Assembly: GCA_038230375.1 (NCBI GenBank)
Contig: JBBRNJ010000001.1
Coordinates: 64,001-128,000, forward strand
Origin: Polyangiales bacterium
GTDB taxonomy: Bacteria > Myxococcota_A > Polyangia > Polyangiales > Polyangiaceae
DNA length: 64,000 nucleotides
Direction of reading: 5' to 3'
In this document: positions 60,002 to 64,000 of the stretch, piece by piece
How the letters are laid out: every line of letters begins with the position of its first letter
How positions within the stretch are numbered: the first letter of the stretch is position 1
The notes under the pieces: model-generated
Database searches by the model: none
What the model saw: the letters and a program-made list of their open reading frames with translations, nothing else
Told to the model about the DNA's origin: nothing
Position numbers and translations under genes: made by a program

Positions 60002-60811
60002 GTGGGGGCGAAAGACGCGCGCGCGCGACCGACGTTCTCTCGCGTGCGGGGCGGCCTGCGCATCGGGAGGCATTTCTTCACCCGCCGTGCCCTCTCGCCT
60101 GCGGTCGAGAACGGCGAAAAACCTCGCGGCATCGTCGACGCGATGTCTGCGCTCGCGCACCCGGGCATCGACGTCAGCAAAGTGCATGCGGCGGTGCAGC
60201 CATTCTTCACGGACACCGCAAGCCTCGAGCTCTTCATCCGGAGCGCGTGGCGGTTTCCCTTCTCGGTGGTGTGGTTCTTCGCGAGGCCATTTTTCAGGCT
60301 GATCGGCCAGTTCGCGCTCCCCGCGAAGGAGGCGACGATCGAGACGGAGGTGCAGCCGCTCGACCCCACGGCGGACGGCCGTGACGACGCGCGCGCCATC
60401 ATCCGGACGTACCGGGGCAGCGACGAGACCATGCAGGCCGTCGCATACGCGACCTGGCAGCGCGGAGAGAAGCACTTCATGAGCGCGGCGTTCCCGCTTC
60501 CCTTCTGTCAGCTCACGGGGATCCTGCGCCTTGATCCCGCCGCGAAGGGCGAAGGCGAAGACGCCGGGGTGACGCTCACGTCCGAGCGCAAGGACGGCGA
60601 CGATGCCGGCGTGTACCTGGTGGTGGGGCCCCTTGCAGTCCGCACGCCGTTCGGAGAGCGCTTCTCGCTGTGGCCTGCGACGTCCTCGGTCGTGGCGAAG
60701 GAAGCGTACGAGAGACCGAGCTCGACGATCATCGGCGTGCACGAGCAGACCTTCCTGGGCGTGCGAATGGTGACGCACCACTACTGGTTCCGCCCGCGAG
60801 CTCAGGACTGA
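60002..60811 (+). CDS. Hypothetical protein resembling the YndJ soluble domain
   Basis: VH..V..FF..T...W; DGR...RA..R.Y; AFPLP. Confidence 0.55.
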   Translation: MGAKDARARPTFSRVRGGLRIGRHFFTRRALSPAVENGEKPRGIVDAMSALAHPGIDVSKVHAAVQPFFTDTASLELFIRSAWRFPFSVVWFFARPFFRLIGQFALPAKEATIETEVQPLDPTADGRDDARAIIRTYRGSDETMQAVAYATWQRGEKHFMSAAFPLPFCQLTGILRLDPAAKGEGEDAGVTLTSERKDGDDAGVYLVVGPLAVRTPFGERFSLWPATSSVVAKEAYERPSSTIIGVHEQTFLGVRMVTHHYWFRPRAQD

Positions 60812-60931
60812 CTTCGACTTCGACTTCGACTTCGACATCGACATCGACATCGACATCGACATCGACCTCGACCTCGACCTCGACCTCGACCTCGACCTCG
60901 ACCTCGACCTCGACCTCGACTTCGACCTCGA
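60809..60931 (+). repeat. Hexamer microsatellite (CGACHT)20
   Basis: Blocks: 4 x GACTT-type, 5 x CGACAT, 9 x CGACCT, then CGACTT and CGACCT. Confidence 0.97.
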
Positions 60932-60949
60932 TGGTGGCAGACTGTTGGA

Positions 60950-61501
60950 GTGGCTCGAGCGTTCTGGATTTTTGGCGCGGCGTTCGGTTCTATGATTCCC
61001 GTCGGGCTCGCTGTGGCTGCGTCCGCGATGTCTGATGCGTTGGTGGATGTTGCCGTTCGTGCGGCTCGTCTGACGCAGTCGGAGGCGCCCGCTCCTTCCG
61101 AGATCCTTGTGGTGATCGACGACCCATCTCATCGGATCGTTGCCACGCTTGCAGCGGGCTGCAAGGCCGACATTCCATGTGAGATTGCGATCGCGATCAC
61201 GGCGGCTCCGGGGCGCACCGTGAGCGTGGAATATCCTGCTGCCTTCCATGTGAGCGAGAGCGAGGGCGTCAGCTTTCCCGTCGCGCGTGAGACGATGCGG
61301 CGCGGCAAGCTCGTGCCCTCGTTCGATCGCCTGAGCGGATCCATCGAGCCCACCATCGACCACGGGCAGATCATCCACGTACTGCTCACGCCTGCTGCCA
61401 CCGCTCCGCACCGCGTGAACGGCCGGCTGCGATTTGCCACGTGCGACGCGGTGACGTGCAAGGTCGAGTCCGTGGAGCTGCATCTGCTGCTACGGAGCTG
61501 A
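60950..61501 (+). CDS. Hypothetical exported protein (DsbD N-terminal-like Ig fold)
   Basis: Signal-like N-terminus; G.LRFATCDAVTC C-terminal Cys pair. Confidence 0.5.
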   Translation: MARAFWIFGAAFGSMIPVGLAVAASAMSDALVDVAVRAARLTQSEAPAPSEILVVIDDPSHRIVATLAAGCKADIPCEIAIAITAAPGRTVSVEYPAAFHVSESEGVSFPVARETMRRGKLVPSFDRLSGSIEPTIDHGQIIHVLLTPAATAPHRVNGRLRFATCDAVTCKVESVELHLLLRS

Positions 61502-61525
61502 GCCCTCCGGAGGGGAGCGCGCGAA

Positions 61526-63061
61526 TCACTCTCTGCGCTCGTGGAGCTCCTTCTCGAACAGGAAGTTCACGCTGGGCACGTAGAAGCAGAGCGGCGCGGC
61601 GTCTCCCGCGATCTCCTTTGCGCGGCGCGAGATCACGCTGCCGTCGAGGGGCACGCACGCCGAGACCGGGATCCCCAGGTCGATCTCTTGCCGCGACAGG
61701 CGCCCGCGCAGAGGCTGGCTCGAGATCGCGCGATCCTGCGGAACGCAGTACGCAAGGAACGCATTCCAGTCGGGGAAGCACTCCTTCCACTCACCCGTGA
61801 GCTCCGGCGCAGCGCCCGGCCGAAGATCGAGCGTCGCGTCCGGCGCGGAGCCTGCGCCCGGTTCGAGCGCGACAGAGATCGCGCCGTCCTCACGCCGGGT
61901 GATGTTGCCCTTCGCCAGCACGTGCATCGGCATGCCCTCCGTGAGCAGGCGCGCGCAGAGCGCCGGCACCACATGCGTGACCGCATTCGTGAGGAAGTAG
62001 ATGCCGCGGACCTTCGTCTCCGGAATCTCGATGTGGATGCGCCAGTTCGTCTGCACGGGCGACGGCATGAGGCGGCGCAGCGGGCCCAGGAGCGCAAACC
62101 CGAAGTGACCGTGCTGATACGTGAGGAACGAGAACAGCGCCCACGCGCCATCTGGTCCGAGTCGCTGAAGCGTCAGGCCTTCCGGCACCATCTCTTGCGC
62201 GCGCGCCGCCGGGATCAGGTAGTTCACGTACACCACGTGCGAGATGTTGCTCCGCATCGTGAGCTCCGGCAGCGGCTCCAGCAGCGCGCCCATGAAGCGG
62301 CTGTTCGCGAGCCAGTCGAACGTCCGCGCGACGGGGCCCGCACCCGGGTATTTCCAGCGCGCGAGCCTTCCCCACGGCTCCTCGGGTCGTGCGCGCTGGA
62401 GCACCTTCTCGGTCACCATCACGAGCCACACCTGAAGCAGCGTGAAGCCTATGCCGTTCGACGCGGACACGAATGCAGACGATGGACGCATGCCCGGAGG
62501 AAGCAGCGGCGACACGACGGCGATCCCCATCACGCTCCACAGAGGCACGCTGAGGAGCGTGAGCGCACGCGACCACGTGCCCGCCTTCGCGAAGGAGTAC
62601 GTCCACCCAAGCGCGGCGAGCGTGTAGAACAGGGCACCCCATGCAGCTGTGAGCGGGAACACCTGTCGCTCGAACGCCAGGTACGCGGCGGCGTCCGTCT
62701 GCGCCAGCTCCACGCCGCGCGTGATCCAGAGCGCCTGCGCGTACTGGTCCGGCATCACGGCGATCAGCGTGAAGAGCAGCACCAGCGTGGTGCCCACGCG
62801 CGGCAGCCATCGCACGCGCACCATCGCCACCGCGAGCGCCAGGTCGGCCACGGCGCAGAGCTGCCAAGGCAGCCACCCCAGGCGAAACAGCCACGCGTGC
62901 TCCGCGATGTATGTTACCCGCGCGCTATCCGACGGCGCGCTTCCACCCGGCAACGCGGGAAGCAGGAACAGCGCCATGCCCACCATGGCAAGGCCGTGCA
63001 CCAGGAAGTTCGCTAGCAGCGCCCACTCGAGCGTCCGGTCGCGCGATGCTGACCGCTCCAT
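61526..63061 (-). CDS. Membrane protein fused to DUF2071 (YqjF-like) domain
   Basis: About 6 TMs then VNYLIP..VPEGL, QTNWR, RGIYF; true start ATG 63061. Confidence 0.75.
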   Translation of the reverse strand: MERSASRDRTLEWALLANFLVHGLAMVGMALFLLPALPGGSAPSDSARVTYIAEHAWLFRLGWLPWQLCAVADLALAVAMVRVRWLPRVGTTLVLLFTLIAVMPDQYAQALWITRGVELAQTDAAAYLAFERQVFPLTAAWGALFYTLAALGWTYSFAKAGTWSRALTLLSVPLWSVMGIAVVSPLLPPGMRPSSAFVSASNGIGFTLLQVWLVMVTEKVLQRARPEEPWGRLARWKYPGAGPVARTFDWLANSRFMGALLEPLPELTMRSNISHVVYVNYLIPAARAQEMVPEGLTLQRLGPDGAWALFSFLTYQHGHFGFALLGPLRRLMPSPVQTNWRIHIEIPETKVRGIYFLTNAVTHVVPALCARLLTEGMPMHVLAKGNITRREDGAISVALEPGAGSAPDATLDLRPGAAPELTGEWKECFPDWNAFLAYCVPQDRAISSQPLRGRLSRQEIDLGIPVSACVPLDGSVISRRAKEIAGDAAPLCFYVPSVNFLFEKELHERRE

Positions 63062-63136
63062 CGCGGCGAGCCTATCATCGCGGCATGGCAACAAGGAGCT
63101 TGCCGAGCAGCGTCCGCGCTGGCAGAACATCGCACG

Positions 63137-64000
63137 ATGCGTGAACGGCGGCTTCTGTGGGTACTTGGTCTGTGCGTCCTTGCGGCGTGCGGGCAGGCGG
63201 CTAGCCAATCGCAGCCCGATGGCGACGCGGGCGCCGGTAGCGACAGCGGGGCCGACGGGTCCGTTACCACGCAAGACGGGGCAACCGCAGAGAGCGGGAG
63301 CAAGGGCGACGCAACGACCGACGGCAGCGTCGACCAGCCCGACGTGGTGGTCCCTGCGCGGCTCGCGCTCCGCGTGATGGCGGCGAACACCACGAGCGGC
63401 ACGCAGCAATCGTACGAAGCGCCCGGCATCCGCATCTTCCAGGGCCTCACGCCCGACATCGTGCTGGTGCAGGAGATGAAGTTTGCGGGCGGCCTTCGCG
63501 CGTTCGTGGACACCGCGTTCGGCAAGAGCTTCAGCTACTACGTGGAGACCCGCGTTGGCGGCATCCCGAACGGCATCGTGAGCCGCTACCCCATCCTGGA
63601 CTCCGGGACGTGGTTGGACACGAACGTGTCCGATCGCGCATACGCGTGGGCGCGCATCGACGTGCCGGGCCCGACGGATCTCTGGGCTGTGAGCTTGCAC
63701 CTGCTCACCACGGGCATCGCGCAGCGCGACGCCGAGGCCAAGGAGCTGATAACGAACATCCAGGCGAACATTCCGCCCGGTGATTTCCTGGTCGTGGGCG
63801 GGGACCTGAACACCGACGCGACAGACGAGCTCGCGCTCCTGGACCTTGCGACCGTTGTGGTGGTGAACGCACCGTTCCCCGTGGACCAGGCCAGCAACGG
63901 CAACACCAGCACGAACCGCAACCGCCCGCACGACTGGGTCCTTGCAAGCCCAGGCCTCGACACGCTCGCGGTCCCGGTCGCGATCGGTGCATCGAGCTTT
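63137..64000 (+). CDS. Endonuclease/exonuclease/phosphatase family lipoprotein; runs off window end
   Basis: Not in ORF track; translated by hand MRERRLLWVLGLCVLAAC..; RVMAAN, PDIVLVQE, SLHL, GGDLN, DWVL. Confidence 0.9.
   Translation, partial: MRERRLLWVLGLCVLAACGQAASQSQPDGDAGAGSDSGADGSVTTQDGATAESGSKGDATTDGSVDQPDVVVPARLALRVMAANTTSGTQQSYEAPGIRIFQGLTPDIVLVQEMKFAGGLRAFVDTAFGKSFSYYVETRVGGIPNGIVSRYPILDSGTWLDTNVSDRAYAWARIDVPGPTDLWAVSLHLLTTGIAQRDAEAKELITNIQANIPPGDFLVVGGDLNTDATDELALLDLATVVVVNAPFPVDQASNGNTSTNRNRPHDWVLASPGLDTLAVPVAIGASSF

Noticed and set aside
63062..63931. N-terminal extension of the 801-aa ORF (likewise extensions of 10996-12783, 14024-15571, 40402-41907 and 58231-59994)
   Set aside because: Extensions overlap other genuine genes; internal starts with signal peptides, RBS or -10 boxes fit better.

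Overview
GC-rich bacterial chromosomal window whose gene repertoire points to Myxococcota, probably Polyangia/Polyangiaceae-like (inference from many Cys-rich and Asp/Gly-linker lipoproteins, Ser/Thr kinases, an FHA-sigma54 activator, an ECF sigma/anti-sigma pair and a MYXO-CTERM-like tail). About 63 CDS are supportable. They include argG, ackA, xfp, a SWIM-SNF2 ATPase, LysR/NmrA, PP2C, an OYE-family oxidoreductase and GT2/DUF2304. I saw no rRNA, tRNA, CRISPR, transposase or phage genes. Most notable signals: (1) an 83-bp intergenic element with two GTACACC-N5-GGTGWAC palindromes, present twice, inverted and 27 kb apart with identical internal spacing; (2) a cNMP-binding/ThrRS-like/uridine-kinase fusion directly upstream of ackA-xfp; (3) seven non-coding CGACNN hexamer tracts, all on the same strand; (4) pervasive leaderless-gene architecture (TAnnnT 6-8 nt before the start codon); (5) a kinase/FHA-activator cluster facing a sigma54 promoter; (6) several apparent pseudoenzymes and two decayed genes. 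Family assignments come from motif recognition by eye, not database searches.
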